Shown: positions 1 through 10,530, counted from the first letter of the stretch. The stretch is DNA of 64,000 nt from Phormidesmis sp. (GCA_965248535.1 CBDFJR010000002.1:2400001-2464000); one strand, 5' to 3'. Translations and numbers: made by a program. The notes: a model not told the origin generated them from the letters alone.

Positions 1-64
1 TTCCAGCAAAAAGCGCAGGCGGAAATGCAATGACTCTGGGATTGTCCACGGTTTCTTCTGGCAT
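1..64 (-). CDS. 5' end of a gene running off the window; possibly isoprenylcysteine carboxylmethyltransferase family
   Basis: Manual translation MPEETVDNPRVIAFPPALFAG; GAGG RBS upstream; divergent from PadR. Confidence 0.5.
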   Translation of the reverse strand, partial: MPEETVDNPRVIAFPPALFAG

Positions 65-104
65 TGTAGGTTTCCTCAAAGGTTGATCCTATTTATTCCA
101 TTTT

Positions 105-128
105 TTGTATTCAAAAACTTGAATACAA
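105..128. promoter_or_regulatory. Perfect inverted repeat TTGTATTCAA-N4-TTGAATACAA, probable PadR operator
   Basis: 10-bp perfect arms between divergent genes, just upstream of PadR. Confidence 0.65.
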
Positions 129-177
129 TAATCAAGGTATGCTCAACCTATTGAATCCGTCAAGTAGAGTTTTGGTT

Positions 178-759
178 ATGGCACTCAAGCACACCATCCT
201 GGCATTCCTATCACGTCAGCCTTTGAGCGGCTATGACGTTGCCAAAGAGTTTGCGGAAGGGTTTGGTAGTTGCTTTTGGAAAGCAAGTCAGCAGCAAGTC
301 TATGTCGAACTAACCAAGCTAGAACAGCAGGGCAGCGTCACTTATGAGGCAATTCCTCAACCGGGACGACTCGATAAAAAAATCTATTCCATCACCGATC
401 AAGGGCACCAAGAGTTGCTCGATTGGTTAGCAAAACCCTGCGAACCTGCCGCCATTCGTGAAGACCTAGGTGTGATGGGATTGGCGGGTCATCTTGTTCC
501 CTCTCAGGGTGTGATCCGCGAAATTGAACGGCGGCGACAACTACACCTTGAAATGGTGCAACACGTCAAGAAATTAGATGAGCATTTTTCCCAGCATCTC
601 GATTCGCTGGAACTGAAGGATCTCTATATGCACTTAGTCATTCGTCGTGGCATTCGGTATCAAGAAGAGTGGGTGGCTTGGTGTGACGAAGCGATTCACG
701 CGATCGGGCAAGCTGTCAAACGTCAGGCAGTTGAGAAGGAGAGAAAAGAGCCGCCTTAA
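178..759 (+). CDS. PadR family transcriptional regulator
   Basis: MALKHTILAFLS..SGYDVAKEF..FWKASQQQVY..L.KLE..DKKIYSIT wHTH signature; longest ORF starts at 139. Confidence 0.9.
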   Translation: MALKHTILAFLSRQPLSGYDVAKEFAEGFGSCFWKASQQQVYVELTKLEQQGSVTYEAIPQPGRLDKKIYSITDQGHQELLDWLAKPCEPAAIREDLGVMGLAGHLVPSQGVIREIERRRQLHLEMVQHVKKLDEHFSQHLDSLELKDLYMHLVIRRGIRYQEEWVAWCDEAIHAIGQAVKRQAVEKERKEPP

Positions 760-791
760 ATTTCAACGTTTCGTAGTTGTGAAGCGGAGAC

Positions 792-1220
792 ATGAGCCAG
801 GAAATCATACCCCTTAACAAAATAATGCTAACCACCCCAATCTATGCAGCGATTCTCGGTCTTGTGTTCGTCGCACTGAGTATCCGCACACTCTTGCTGA
901 GAAGGCGACTAGGGGTCGCGATCGGGAATGGAGATCAGCCCACGTTAATGAGAGCCTCCCGCGTTCATGCAAACTTTGCGGAATATGTCCCGCTTTCACT
1001 CCTCTTAATCTATTTCTTAGAAATTCAGACGCAAACCAGCCTCTGGATTCACCTTCTGGGCAGCACCCTCGTGATCGGACGCATCACCCATGCAGTTGGG
1101 GTCAGCCAAGTCAAAGAGAACTTTCGCTATCGAATCATCGGCATGATGCTCACATTCACAGTGATCATCGTTTCATCCATCGGAGTGATCATTCGCTATG
1201 CCTTTCATCGTGAGGTTTAG
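792..1220 (+). CDS. MAPEG family membrane protein
   Basis: RVHANFAEYVP and GRITHA motifs; hydrophobic helices. Confidence 0.85.
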   Translation: MSQEIIPLNKIMLTTPIYAAILGLVFVALSIRTLLLRRRLGVAIGNGDQPTLMRASRVHANFAEYVPLSLLLIYFLEIQTQTSLWIHLLGSTLVIGRITHAVGVSQVKENFRYRIIGMMLTFTVIIVSSIGVIIRYAFHREV

Positions 1221-1410
1221 TGGGTCACAATAAAATTGCGAGTCTATTGAGTTCATCGCTTCAATGATGCTAAATGTCCACAGCACTTAGAAATCCTAGA
1301 AGCGGCTCGAAGCGACAATGCTCAAGAGTAGCCAATCTTCGGTTACATAGTTCACCCGATAGACCAGGCAGGTATCTCGCCCTGCATGAGCCTGCGTTAA
1401 GCTCAAGGAC

Positions 1411-2290
1411 ATGATGCACCGCTTTTCTTCCCAGGTTAGCAGCTTCGAGATCCAGAGGCAATTTCCTTAATCCAGCAGATCGAGCATCCCGCGATCGCAC
1501 TCGCACCGACTTCTCAGATTATCTCGACTGCCTGCGTGCATCAAGGGCACGGCAATCCTCCCATTCTGCTGCTGCACGGATTTGACAGTTCGCTGCTTGA
1601 ATTTCGCTGTCTCCTGCCTCGGTTAGCTCGTCAAACGCAAACGTGGGCAGTCGATTTGTTCGGCTTTGGGTTCACTCAGCGAGTGAGCGGAGTGTCCATC
1701 AATCCCGCTTCGATTCGGCAACACCTGTATCAAGTGTGGCAAACCCTCATTCACCAACCTGTGGTTCTTGTCGGTGCGTCTTTGGGAGGGGCGGTGGCAA
1801 TTGACTTCGCCCTGACCTATCCAGAGTGCGTCAGTCGATTAGTGCTAATCGATAGCGTGGGCTTTTCGGGCAGTTTTGCGATCGGGCAATGGCTTTTTTC
1901 ACCCCTCGACACGATCGCCGCTGAGTGGTTGCGCTGGCGAAAATGGGCAGCGTTAGCAGCAGCAGAGGCAATGCCCACTCCTGACATTCAGATGGTGGAT
2001 GCCATTCGCTGTTCGTTGATGCATCACGAGATGCCCGGTTGGAGTGATGCCATCATTTCTTTCACCAAAAGCGGGGTTACTCCGGGTTAGAGGCGAGGAT
2101 TCACCAAATTCAGCATCCTACCCTGATTTTGTGGGGAGACTCAGATGATGTGTTGGGTACGCAGGATGCCGAGAAATTCCACAGCGCGATCGACCGTAGC
2201 CAGCTTGTTTGGCTCAAGCACTGTGGGCATAATCCTCATTTGGAGCAACCGGACGTGATGGCTGAACAGATTCTAAAATTCATTCAGTAA
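1411..2290 (+). pseudogene. Alpha/beta hydrolase with apparent frameshifts (~1437 and 2073-2076)
   Basis: LLHGFDSS and GASLGG in ORF 1536-2090; C-terminus PTLILWGDSD...CGHNPHLEQP continues in another frame to TAA 2290. Confidence 0.8.
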
Positions 2291-2303
2291 CTCAGGATTT
2301 GGA

Positions 2304-2576
2304 TCAGACGCTAAACCGCAAGTCATCTAAACTTTCTTGCAGGACTTGATCCAAATGAGTATGTTGCCAAATTAACCGTTGAATCAAGCAATTGACGACG
2401 GCGGGAACTTCATCAGGTTGGATCAGCGACTGCTCAGAATCGATCGTGTTCTGTGCGATGTAAGTCACAAGCCGATCCATCTCAAGCGCTGGGCAGGAAG
2501 ATGCGTAGATGTTCAAGTGTTGAGTCACGGTTGTTCTCCTGTTTAATCGTATTGGTGTTTCTGAAGCGTTATACAT
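2304..2576 (-). CDS. Hypothetical protein
   Basis: 90-aa ORF co-oriented with upstream minus-strand cluster. Confidence 0.5.
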   Translation of the reverse strand: MYNASETPIRLNRRTTVTQHLNIYASSCPALEMDRLVTYIAQNTIDSEQSLIQPDEVPAVVNCLIQRLIWQHTHLDQVLQESLDDLRFSV

Positions 2577-2666
2577 TCACATCTTCATTGAGTTACGGTT
2601 GCCATAACTGTTTACGAACTGGTTGCAGTTCTATGTCTCTCTGCAATTCGTTATATCCCTTCGCGT

Positions 2667-3149
2667 CTACAGTCTGGCAGAGTTAAATTTCAAAACCGTC
2701 TGAGCTTCAACAATCCGTTGAATGCGGGGATCACTCTTCTCAACCCACCGCTCAGAAATACCAAAGTAACTGCCAAACATCACGATCGGGACATTAGCAG
2801 TTTCAACCAGCAACGGGTAAATCGAATCTTCATCCCCCGATCGCTCGTCGGGTAAAAGTTCACCCGTTAACTCTGCATATAACTCCCAATTTACCCACAG
2901 ACAGTCGATACATTGTCCATACAGCGCATCGAGCATCATCCACTGATCGAGACGCACCTGCTTACGATCTACGAGCCAAAAAATATCACCGCTCTTATCT
3001 CGCTTGAATCGGGCAGGATACAGCTTTCCAGTCACCTGATCTGCCAGCATCAGCGCGGGAAACCCCTCTGGGAATCTTTCCAGCACTGGATCAAATGGTG
3101 AGTGGTGTCCCTCAACGACCTGAATGAAAAAGCCTTCTTCCATTGCCAT
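2667..3149 (-). CDS. Hypothetical protein
   Basis: 160-aa ORF with GAGG RBS, operon-like position. Confidence 0.65.
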   Translation of the reverse strand: MAMEEGFFIQVVEGHHSPFDPVLERFPEGFPALMLADQVTGKLYPARFKRDKSGDIFWLVDRKQVRLDQWMMLDALYGQCIDCLWVNWELYAELTGELLPDERSGDEDSIYPLLVETANVPIVMFGSYFGISERWVEKSDPRIQRIVEAQTVLKFNSARL

Positions 3150-3162
3150 TGCAGCCTCTTGC

Positions 3163-3630
3163 TTAACTGCGCTTTAAGATTTGCTCGATCGTCGCTTTAC
3201 TAGGTTCTACAAACGCTCAAGTGCCATTCGATTGCTTCCGAAAAGTTGCGAATACCAAAAGATCTGCCGTTCCCATCACCTGCCCTTTCCGCAGCGTTCC
3301 GACCTTTGCAGTAGTCAGCCCACAAAATCGAAACAGATAACCCGGAAGCTCTGTCCCAGAAAACAGCACACACCCAGTTTGATCCCGCTTGGCTTCCCCG
3401 TTCATCGGTGCATAGGTCGGTTTCCCATTTGTCTCGATCGCCAGATCACCGAGAGCGCTCACAACGGGTTGGTTGTGAACTCGATCGCCGCGTTGAAGCT
3501 CCCATTTCTGATAAGTCTGAATCTTCATTGGCTTGGCAGCAGCGGATAACCGAGGCTTACTCAAACCACAAGCCGATAGATTGCCACCCATCAATCCTGC
3601 AAACAAACATGCCCAAAACTTGCTGTCCAT
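3163..3630 (-). pseudogene. Cyanobacterial hypothetical exported/lipoprotein-like gene with premature TGA at 3217-3219
   Basis: MDSKFWACLFAGLMGGNLSAC start; frame reads KQSNGT*AFVEPSKATIEQILKRS* through the stop. Confidence 0.6.
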
Positions 3631-3650
3631 CCGGCAAAGCTCCTTGATGG

Positions 3651-4085
3651 CTAAAGTGCAGAACTGGAACACTGCTGAGTTCGCGGCACCAATCGAACTC
3701 CCACATAGTTGTTGTCTTCGTAGAGAATGACCGCCCAAATGGTCGGGTCAAACTCAAGCGGGTAGACTTCCCGTTCAGCGATCGCTCCTGCACGCACCGT
3801 CATCGGCTTCAACTTGCAGTAAGGAGCTTTCAAGACCCCTCGAACTCCCGCTTTGCTGGCTCCCTCCACGATCGTCATCAGCTTCAAAACACGTTCTCGG
3901 CTGAGCAGTGCATTCGGTGTGACCATTTCTGCACACTGAAGTTCATCAACAGGAGTGAATGCTCCAATTGAAACCAGAGCTGGATTAAATTGCCAGAGGA
4001 GCTTGATAGAGGCAGCGGCGATCGCGCCCACAACCAGTAGAGCAACTGAAATTTTCAGATATCGCTGTTTGGGTGAATGGCTCAT
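3651..4085 (-). CDS. Hypothetical protein with N-terminal membrane anchor
   Basis: 144-aa ORF, hydrophobic N-terminus, start overlaps stop of upstream gene. Confidence 0.7.
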   Translation of the reverse strand: MSHSPKQRYLKISVALLVVGAIAAASIKLLWQFNPALVSIGAFTPVDELQCAEMVTPNALLSRERVLKLMTIVEGASKAGVRGVLKAPYCKLKPMTVRAGAIAEREVYPLEFDPTIWAVILYEDNNYVGVRLVPRTQQCSSSAL

Positions 4086-4699
4086 AGGAACAACACTGCG
4101 ACCAGCAGCCCTCCAAAAAGACAGCTTAAATTCCAGAGCAATTTCTTCTTCCGAGGGACAAAGACCACGACCATCAGAACACTGATGCCGCTAATCGCAA
4201 CCAGGATGCCTAAAAGAAGAATTGCCCACCGTTGAAAATAGAGAATCAGGGCGTAGCGAATGAGAATGCCCAGCACAAATGCCAAACACCGTGCAGCGAT
4301 CGTCAGCGTGGCATTTGACTGACTAATGTTTTTGGGTGCAACAAGATTGCGAGTCTCTTGACCTGAATCTGCAATCTCAGTCGGATCGGGGTGAGAAGCG
4401 GTCGTAGGGTGTCGATCGCTGAAATCAGAATTCGAGTTCCACGGAGTAGCTTGAGATCTATTGCGAACGCTTGGATTAGGTGCGTCTTGAGAGCGATCCG
4501 CTTGATAGAGCGCGACCAGATCGAGTGAGAGAACGTGTAACCAGGAAGATTTAATAGATCGACTTCGACGGGCAAGCGCAAGCTGACGTTCGGTTGACCG
4601 TTTTCTGGGCGTTAAGGATTGCCGTTTTGGATGAGGCATGAGATGAATCTCCAGGTGCTTGGAGACAAAGGACTGCTTTACATAGAACAAAAGTACCAT
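4082..4699 (-). CDS. Hypothetical membrane protein (start uncertain)
   Basis: Low-complexity N-terminus, three hydrophobic C-terminal segments. Confidence 0.55.
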   Translation of the reverse strand: MVLLFYVKQSFVSKHLEIHLMPHPKRQSLTPRKRSTERQLALARRSRSIKSSWLHVLSLDLVALYQADRSQDAPNPSVRNRSQATPWNSNSDFSDRHPTTASHPDPTEIADSGQETRNLVAPKNISQSNATLTIAARCLAFVLGILIRYALILYFQRWAILLLGILVAISGISVLMVVVFVPRKKKLLWNLSCLFGGLLVAVLFL

Positions 4700-4812
4700 A
4701 GTTAAGATTAGAAAGTTCTATTTATTTAGAATTTCTTAATTCTAATAATTGAGACTTGATAGATGTGTTTCGGTGCTAGTGTTGGATTGTTCAACAAAAG
4801 TAATGAATTCAG

Positions 4813-5499
4813 GTGTTACAGGAGAACGATCGCAGTCAGCGACTTGCTCGATTAGTTCGACGCTTACGCGGCGATGCCAGCACGTATGTCTTTGGTTCTC
4901 AGCTTGGTGTAACGCACAGCACGATTCGGCGTTGGGAAAGCGGTCAAGGCGGTATCAACGAGGAAGGTGTGGAGAAGCTGAGTCACGGGTCTGGAATTTC
5001 AGCCGACGCGATTCGGGCTTATCTGAGAGGAAGCATCGGTCTGAGAACGTGTTTGGGACTTGAAGCGCCTACCCAATCAGAAGCCCAACTCGTTCTAGAA
5101 CAGCTGCCAACACTACCAACTCAGGAATTACTTAGGGTTTTGGAAGCGGCGATCTCACAGCTACTTCAACGCCTGCCGGACACTCGACCAGAAATTCTAC
5201 AAATTCTACAATCGGCGATCGGGCTACTCAACGTCCCTCCGTCCTCAAAGCGGTCTCGAAAATCTGAACTACCCGTATCAACGGAGGAGCGCTTTTTGCC
5301 GAGGACGGTTCAGGATGCGATCGTGGATGAAATTGAATCTCGATATGGCAGCGTGAACTCGGCGACGATCGCACGATTTTCTCAAGAGGTTGGGATTCAG
5401 CCGAGCGATCGTTTGATTGAGATTGTGCAAGGAAATAGCCCAAAGCAGGCTGAGTTAAATAAGTTGCGACTGCATCTCCACAAGTTCTATTCCGAATGA
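4813..5499 (+). CDS. XRE-family HTH regulator
   Basis: FGSQLGVTHSTIRRWESG HTH; divergent from the hypothetical operon. Confidence 0.75.
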   Translation: MLQENDRSQRLARLVRRLRGDASTYVFGSQLGVTHSTIRRWESGQGGINEEGVEKLSHGSGISADAIRAYLRGSIGLRTCLGLEAPTQSEAQLVLEQLPTLPTQELLRVLEAAISQLLQRLPDTRPEILQILQSAIGLLNVPPSSKRSRKSELPVSTEERFLPRTVQDAIVDEIESRYGSVNSATIARFSQEVGIQPSDRLIEIVQGNSPKQAELNKLRLHLHKFYSE

Positions 5500-5516
5500 T
5501 TCGGACAATCATCATT

Positions 5517-6977
5517 CTAGAAGTCAGTGAGTTTGAGTAGTGCTTGATGAATTTCAACCATCGCTAGGGTATCAAGTTGGCAATAGGCTTGTAGGTCTGC
5601 GATAGCTTGAGTTTTCTGGGCTTGATCTGTACAAAAAATCATCTCATCCCAGACGGTTTGGGCTTGATCACCTCGCTGAACTGAGAGGGTTTTGTAGCTT
5701 AAATCGGGAACCAAAGTCGGAAGAACCTTTTTGATCGAAGTTGAGCCTCGAAAATCAGGGTGCTTATAGTGTTTTTTGAAAACTTCTTCGAGATCCCACA
5801 GGCGATCGGCGATCGATTCCAAATGCTTTGCGTATATAGGAAAGTTCTGAGCCAGTTTTCGCAGTAGGCTGGCTTCAAAGGATTGGTGGTAAACGATAAC
5901 AGAACCTACCGGAGCAATGTCGATCGCTAAAGCGGCAAGGAGCGCAAGTCTCGGATCGGAACTGTCGATGTGAAGATATTCACGATGCTCAATGCTCCCA
6001 TCGCTGTGCAAGACGTGACAACTATATTGGAAGGGAAATTGTTCGTAGGGTTTCAAACCGTCGAATCTAGGAATTGCAGGGTTTTGTGCCTCGAAGTCGA
6101 AGAAATGAATTGGGTAGGTGAGGTCTGCGAGGCTAGCAGCGATAGCGTCTCCGTCAGCGTAAGGTTCATCGTTCAGGATGCTATCGACGTAGGTGCGTTG
6201 GTTTGTCGTGAGGGAGAAATCAGAGGGGAGATCTGCGATCGCCAAAATTCCCTGGGTGATGAGTGCCTCTTTTTTCTTCCAATCCAGTCGAGGAATCGTG
6301 AAAATAGAAACGTCTGGAACGTGCTTCCAGCAATCGGTTGTGAAGGAACAAGGATTAGGATTAGCGCAGTGTTTTCCGATCTCTAATGTTGGCTCTAGAT
6401 TCTCAGTTAAGATTGCCCTGAATTGCCGCAGGTTGTCAGGGATCTGAGGCAGGAGAAGCTCGACTTCGGCGGTGACATCTGCGATCTCAAATAGGTTCGT
6501 CAAGTTTGGAAAGAAGCAGGTTTGAGTATTGATGTGCATCAGTTTTGTTGCACCAACAGACAAACCTGCTTTAATCAGAACGTATTTTTGAATGGCAATA
6601 TCCCACTGATGCTCGTCTTTGACTTTGCTAGAAGATTTAACCTTGACCAATTCCCAGATGTCTACCGAAGTTTTTTGGAGAATGTCACATCGGACGAATA
6701 AACCGTCGAAACTGAAGGCAGCTTCAAATAGGCAAGAGGCTCCAGCAGCGATCTCATCCTGAGTGGCTTGAATTGCTTCGACTCTGTTCCCTTCTATTAA
6801 TTGTCCATCTGGAAACTGCTGACGCGCGTATCGTCCAACGTCCTCACCTTGATCAATGATGCGCTGCTGGGCCGGAGTGACGGCAGTTGCTCGATGTGGC
6901 TCATTCACTGTCAGCCAAAGTTGCTTGTGGCATTGTAGACCACTCATGAAGTTGGATTTTGTTAGGGGGGCAGCCAT
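5517..6977 (-). CDS. DUF2779-family protein (RecB/Cas4-like N-terminus plus RNase H-like C-terminus)
   Basis: LTKSNFMSGLQCHKQLWL, HC..P.PC.F...CW, FFDFE, PFQYSCH, SIKKVLP, YCQLDT motifs. Confidence 0.8.
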   Translation of the reverse strand: MAAPLTKSNFMSGLQCHKQLWLTVNEPHRATAVTPAQQRIIDQGEDVGRYARQQFPDGQLIEGNRVEAIQATQDEIAAGASCLFEAAFSFDGLFVRCDILQKTSVDIWELVKVKSSSKVKDEHQWDIAIQKYVLIKAGLSVGATKLMHINTQTCFFPNLTNLFEIADVTAEVELLLPQIPDNLRQFRAILTENLEPTLEIGKHCANPNPCSFTTDCWKHVPDVSIFTIPRLDWKKKEALITQGILAIADLPSDFSLTTNQRTYVDSILNDEPYADGDAIAASLADLTYPIHFFDFEAQNPAIPRFDGLKPYEQFPFQYSCHVLHSDGSIEHREYLHIDSSDPRLALLAALAIDIAPVGSVIVYHQSFEASLLRKLAQNFPIYAKHLESIADRLWDLEEVFKKHYKHPDFRGSTSIKKVLPTLVPDLSYKTLSVQRGDQAQTVWDEMIFCTDQAQKTQAIADLQAYCQLDTLAMVEIHQALLKLTDF

Positions 6978-7046
6978 GCTCTATGTTGAGAAAATTCTAA
7001 ACTGTCTACAGAATGAGGATGCCCGATTCAGGAGGCTTGCGATTGA

Positions 7047-7622
7047 ATGCACGAAAAATTATTGGGAAAGTCCCTCACTTTGCAGGAATTTTGCACTTGC
7101 ACCCAGACTTACCGCAAGTATGCAGATCTCATTGACCCTTATCCGCAAAATCTGGAAGAGACGATTCCAGCGTTGGAGGCTCTGTGTCTGCATCTCCTTG
7201 ATCCAATCATTGCTCACTTCGGGAGAGAGCGATTTCAGCTTACGTATGGCTTTTGCTCAAAGGATTTGAAGCGGTTTCTGAGCCAGAAAGACCCGGAGAC
7301 CAGAATGAAGAATGGTCGGGTTGATCCCAGTCGAGATCAGCACATGGTGCATGAGGTAAATCGGAGTGGCAAGTATTACTGCGATCGCTTAGGGGCTGCC
7401 TGTGATTTTCGGATTCTAGGGGTGGAGAGCGATCTCTTAGTGGACTGGATTTTGGAGCAGCGATCGCCGTTTGATTCACTGTATTTTTATGGCAGCGATC
7501 GACCGATTCACATCAGCTATGGGGCACAGCACAAGCGAGAAGTTTGGACGTTTACAGAAAAGGGAGTTCCAACGCGGCAAGGGATTGAGCGTTGGGTTGA
7601 GTTGACGAAAGAGCAGGTTTAG
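7047..7622 (+). CDS. Peptidase M15-like hypothetical protein
   Basis: LDPIIAHFG..LTYGFCS, DQH...GAACDF, PIHISYG pattern resembling H-D-H metallopeptidases. Confidence 0.55.
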   Translation: MHEKLLGKSLTLQEFCTCTQTYRKYADLIDPYPQNLEETIPALEALCLHLLDPIIAHFGRERFQLTYGFCSKDLKRFLSQKDPETRMKNGRVDPSRDQHMVHEVNRSGKYYCDRLGAACDFRILGVESDLLVDWILEQRSPFDSLYFYGSDRPIHISYGAQHKREVWTFTEKGVPTRQGIERWVELTKEQV

Positions 7623-7869
7623 ATGGAGCGATCGCTCAAGTAGCCGGGTCTGCATTAAAGGGCATAACCGATGGATAAAGCTCGCAAACTATTAGAAGTT
7701 CCGATTCCGCAATTCTTGAAACACTTGATCAGCAGGAATTGAGTTGATTTTATTTTGTTGCACGTCTTGAATGCGCTGCTCAGCAGCATCTGCCCAAGCA
7801 GTAGCGAAGCGATCTCAGCTTGATCTAAAGAGAGCGATTGAAGTGAATCCTTGCTACCTCCGAGGATCG

Positions 7870-9045
7870 CTAACTGTTGAAAAGCGCACTTATAAACTCT
7901 TGCCCATTTCTCTGCAAATCGCCCTGTAGTGCAAACGCGATTGCCTGAACTCGAATGTCTCCCATTTTATAAACTGCATTTCTGCCAAAATCTTGTGGAT
8001 ATACTAAAACTGCTTTGCTCACCTCTTTGGTCACAGCATAAGTAGTGATTTGATATAAGTCAGAATCACTAATTTTCCGTTTATACTTAGTATCCAGGAC
8101 ACAATATACTGAACCACTTCTTGTGTCGTATATTACTAAATCAATTTTGAGAAAGCGATTTTCCCTAGGCTCAATCAAAATTCTTTCTTGCTTCCTTAAA
8201 GCATAGCCTGCGGGCAAGTTCTGAGCCAACCACTCGGCGACAAATACTTCAAAAAGCTGAGCCATGTTTACTAGAAAAGCAAGCATGGTGTAATCTCCTA
8301 AATAATGACTAGCTCCGGTGCTTTCTACGAAAAATCTGCATAGTGCGTGTAATGGATGATAATCTTCATTCAGGCGGTTGTAACTTCTGTTCGTGCAGTC
8401 ATATGAGCTATATGGATATATTGTGGCTATACCTCGTAGCGCCTGATATGATTGGCGAATTAGCGGCAAGCTGTGAGAACACAAACCGCTATTGACAATT
8501 AGGAACAGCGCCCAAGCTAAAATTTGGTTCTCTGGAACATCACCAGTAAGCTCTTGATAGCAGCATTTTAAGTTTACTTCCCACGGATTGTAGATTGCGT
8601 GTTTGATATCTATGCGCCCTCGAACACGAGGAAGGCGTTCGGCTGCTGAAACATACGTTTGATAAAATCCTTTTTGTGCTTTTCTTAGTACTTTCGATGC
8701 TAAAAGTTCAGCTAGGCGCTCATAAAAGCCTTCAATAGTAGCGCAATTAACTAAATTGTCTTGAAAGCTAATATTCAAGCCATAGGCGTACTCTAACATC
8801 TGAAATAAATTGCTAATCTCGACCTTCGGAATTAACCTCAATGTGATTTGTGAATTTAGAGGAATGAAGCCGACCCAACCCCTAGAAATTAACCTCCACT
8901 GATGGTCTGTTCCAGCAGAAGGAAACTCCACAGAAATCTTATTTCCATACCGACTTCTAAGAAATTTTCCAATGTGAAGAGGTAGCAATTCCTGGGACAG
9001 TTGAAGCGGAGCATATTCGTCTAGCTCAATTATTCGTTTGTTCAT
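7870..9045 (-). CDS. mcrC: McrC family restriction endonuclease subunit
   Basis: GWVGFI..LRLIPKV, NMAQLFEVFV, IDLVI...VLDTKYK (PD-(D/E)xK), DLYQITTYA. Confidence 0.9.
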   Translation of the reverse strand: MNKRIIELDEYAPLQLSQELLPLHIGKFLRSRYGNKISVEFPSAGTDHQWRLISRGWVGFIPLNSQITLRLIPKVEISNLFQMLEYAYGLNISFQDNLVNCATIEGFYERLAELLASKVLRKAQKGFYQTYVSAAERLPRVRGRIDIKHAIYNPWEVNLKCCYQELTGDVPENQILAWALFLIVNSGLCSHSLPLIRQSYQALRGIATIYPYSSYDCTNRSYNRLNEDYHPLHALCRFFVESTGASHYLGDYTMLAFLVNMAQLFEVFVAEWLAQNLPAGYALRKQERILIEPRENRFLKIDLVIYDTRSGSVYCVLDTKYKRKISDSDLYQITTYAVTKEVSKAVLVYPQDFGRNAVYKMGDIRVQAIAFALQGDLQRNGQEFISALFNS

Positions 9046-9048
9046 GTC

Positions 9049-10530
9049 TCACAATCCTATCTGAGACATAATAGCGCCCCATCTAAATTGATCTAACCTT
9101 TGGCGTTGTGTGAAAAAATACTCTTCTAAATATGGCTCAATCTCTGTTTTCCATATGACTTCGATGTTTTCAGCTAGGTCATCGCACAGGAAAAAGGATG
9201 ATCCTATTTCATAACTCGGATCATCAATTTCTCGATTGAGAGATTCTAGAGTTTCGATAAGCTTCTCTATCGAGAAAGGCAATTCTTTTCCTGCGTGGGA
9301 TCGTCTCAACACATCATAATCAGGTTGTAAAGCAATAAACGCAAATCTGCGACGCAGTGCGTAGTCTATCAAAGCGATAGATCGGTCAGCCGTGTTCATT
9401 GTGCCAATAACAATCACATTTCGAGGAATTTCAAAAAGCTTGCCGCTTGCCAAAGGAATTTTTTTATCACGATATTCTAGCAAGTACATCAATTCGCCGA
9501 AAACTTGAGCAAGATTTGCACGGTTCATCTCATCCAAAATGAGGACGCAGATCCCCTGATAATTTTTTGCCTTTTCGCAGAAGTCTAGAAATCTACCATT
9601 CTTGTATGGATAGGTCAAAGTGCCAGATCTAGTGGAGACTGGACGAATCCCTTGAATAAAATCTTCATAGCTGTAGGCTGGATGAAACTGCACTACGTCG
9701 TGAAAGCCACTTTCACCAGTGATGTGACGAACCAAATGCTCTGCAATGAAAGTCTTACCTGTACCAGGCGGACCATACAATATGGCTTGCTTCTTGCGTT
9801 TGATTACTTTAATCCACTGACCTAGTTTTTCCTCTGGCAGATACGTCGCGTTCGCACAGTCTTCTAGTGAATATGCTGATTGATGCAACATCTGACCAGA
9901 ATTAACTTCTTGTTCAGCAAATGAGACTGAAACTGTATCTTCTGGAGAACTTATAGCACCTTGCTCAGAAGCATTCGGAGTCAGGTAAGCAGCTTCTGGC
10001 GAACCAGAAACTTCTATTTCAGCAGGAGTGTCATTGCCTTGAATATCTTCGATTTGGTCAAACAGCAGACCTTGATTGTCTGACGGAGATAATCTCTCAC
10101 TTATTTCTTCGCGAATTGTGTCCCGAACTGATTGAGATTGAAAGGAAGACCAGACCTCATCGTTGATTTTGATATAAGGTACACCTCGCCTAACCGATGC
10201 TGGGTAAGCAGGGTTAATCGTCTCAATATCAACACCTTCTGAGGGTTGAGGTATCCAAACCTGTAAAGGTTCTTGATCACTTCGGAGCCTGATATATGGG
10301 TTGGAGAACTGCCGCTCAAGAACTTGGTTACTAGCTCGCTCTGGAATTAAGGTTTTGAAGAAATTAAAAAGCTCAGTGTACTCGAATTTATTGGGATGAT
10401 CAGGTTGGTTGTTCAAAAGTTCAAGTACAGACAAAATCAGTAAAGACTTGTATTCTTCTTTCCACTCTGGATTGAGCCTTGTCCGAATTCTCTTAATCCA
10501 TTGAATAACTTGAAAGTCTGGACTTGGCAT
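9049..10530 (-). CDS. mcrB: McrB family AAA+ GTPase with SBD-like N-terminal domain
   Basis: GPPGTGKT, FHPAYSYEDF, ILDEMNRAN, GTMNTADRS (NxxD), ALRRRF; 3 bp upstream of mcrC. Confidence 0.9.
   Translation of the reverse strand: MPSPDFQVIQWIKRIRTRLNPEWKEEYKSLLILSVLELLNNQPDHPNKFEYTELFNFFKTLIPERASNQVLERQFSNPYIRLRSDQEPLQVWIPQPSEGVDIETINPAYPASVRRGVPYIKINDEVWSSFQSQSVRDTIREEISERLSPSDNQGLLFDQIEDIQGNDTPAEIEVSGSPEAAYLTPNASEQGAISSPEDTVSVSFAEQEVNSGQMLHQSAYSLEDCANATYLPEEKLGQWIKVIKRKKQAILYGPPGTGKTFIAEHLVRHITGESGFHDVVQFHPAYSYEDFIQGIRPVSTRSGTLTYPYKNGRFLDFCEKAKNYQGICVLILDEMNRANLAQVFGELMYLLEYRDKKIPLASGKLFEIPRNVIVIGTMNTADRSIALIDYALRRRFAFIALQPDYDVLRRSHAGKELPFSIEKLIETLESLNREIDDPSYEIGSSFFLCDDLAENIEVIWKTEIEPYLEEYFFTQRQRLDQFRWGAIMSQIGL

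Noticed and set aside
7625..7868. TPR-like fragment (DLKRAIEVNP)
   Set aside because: Too short and interrupted to support a call
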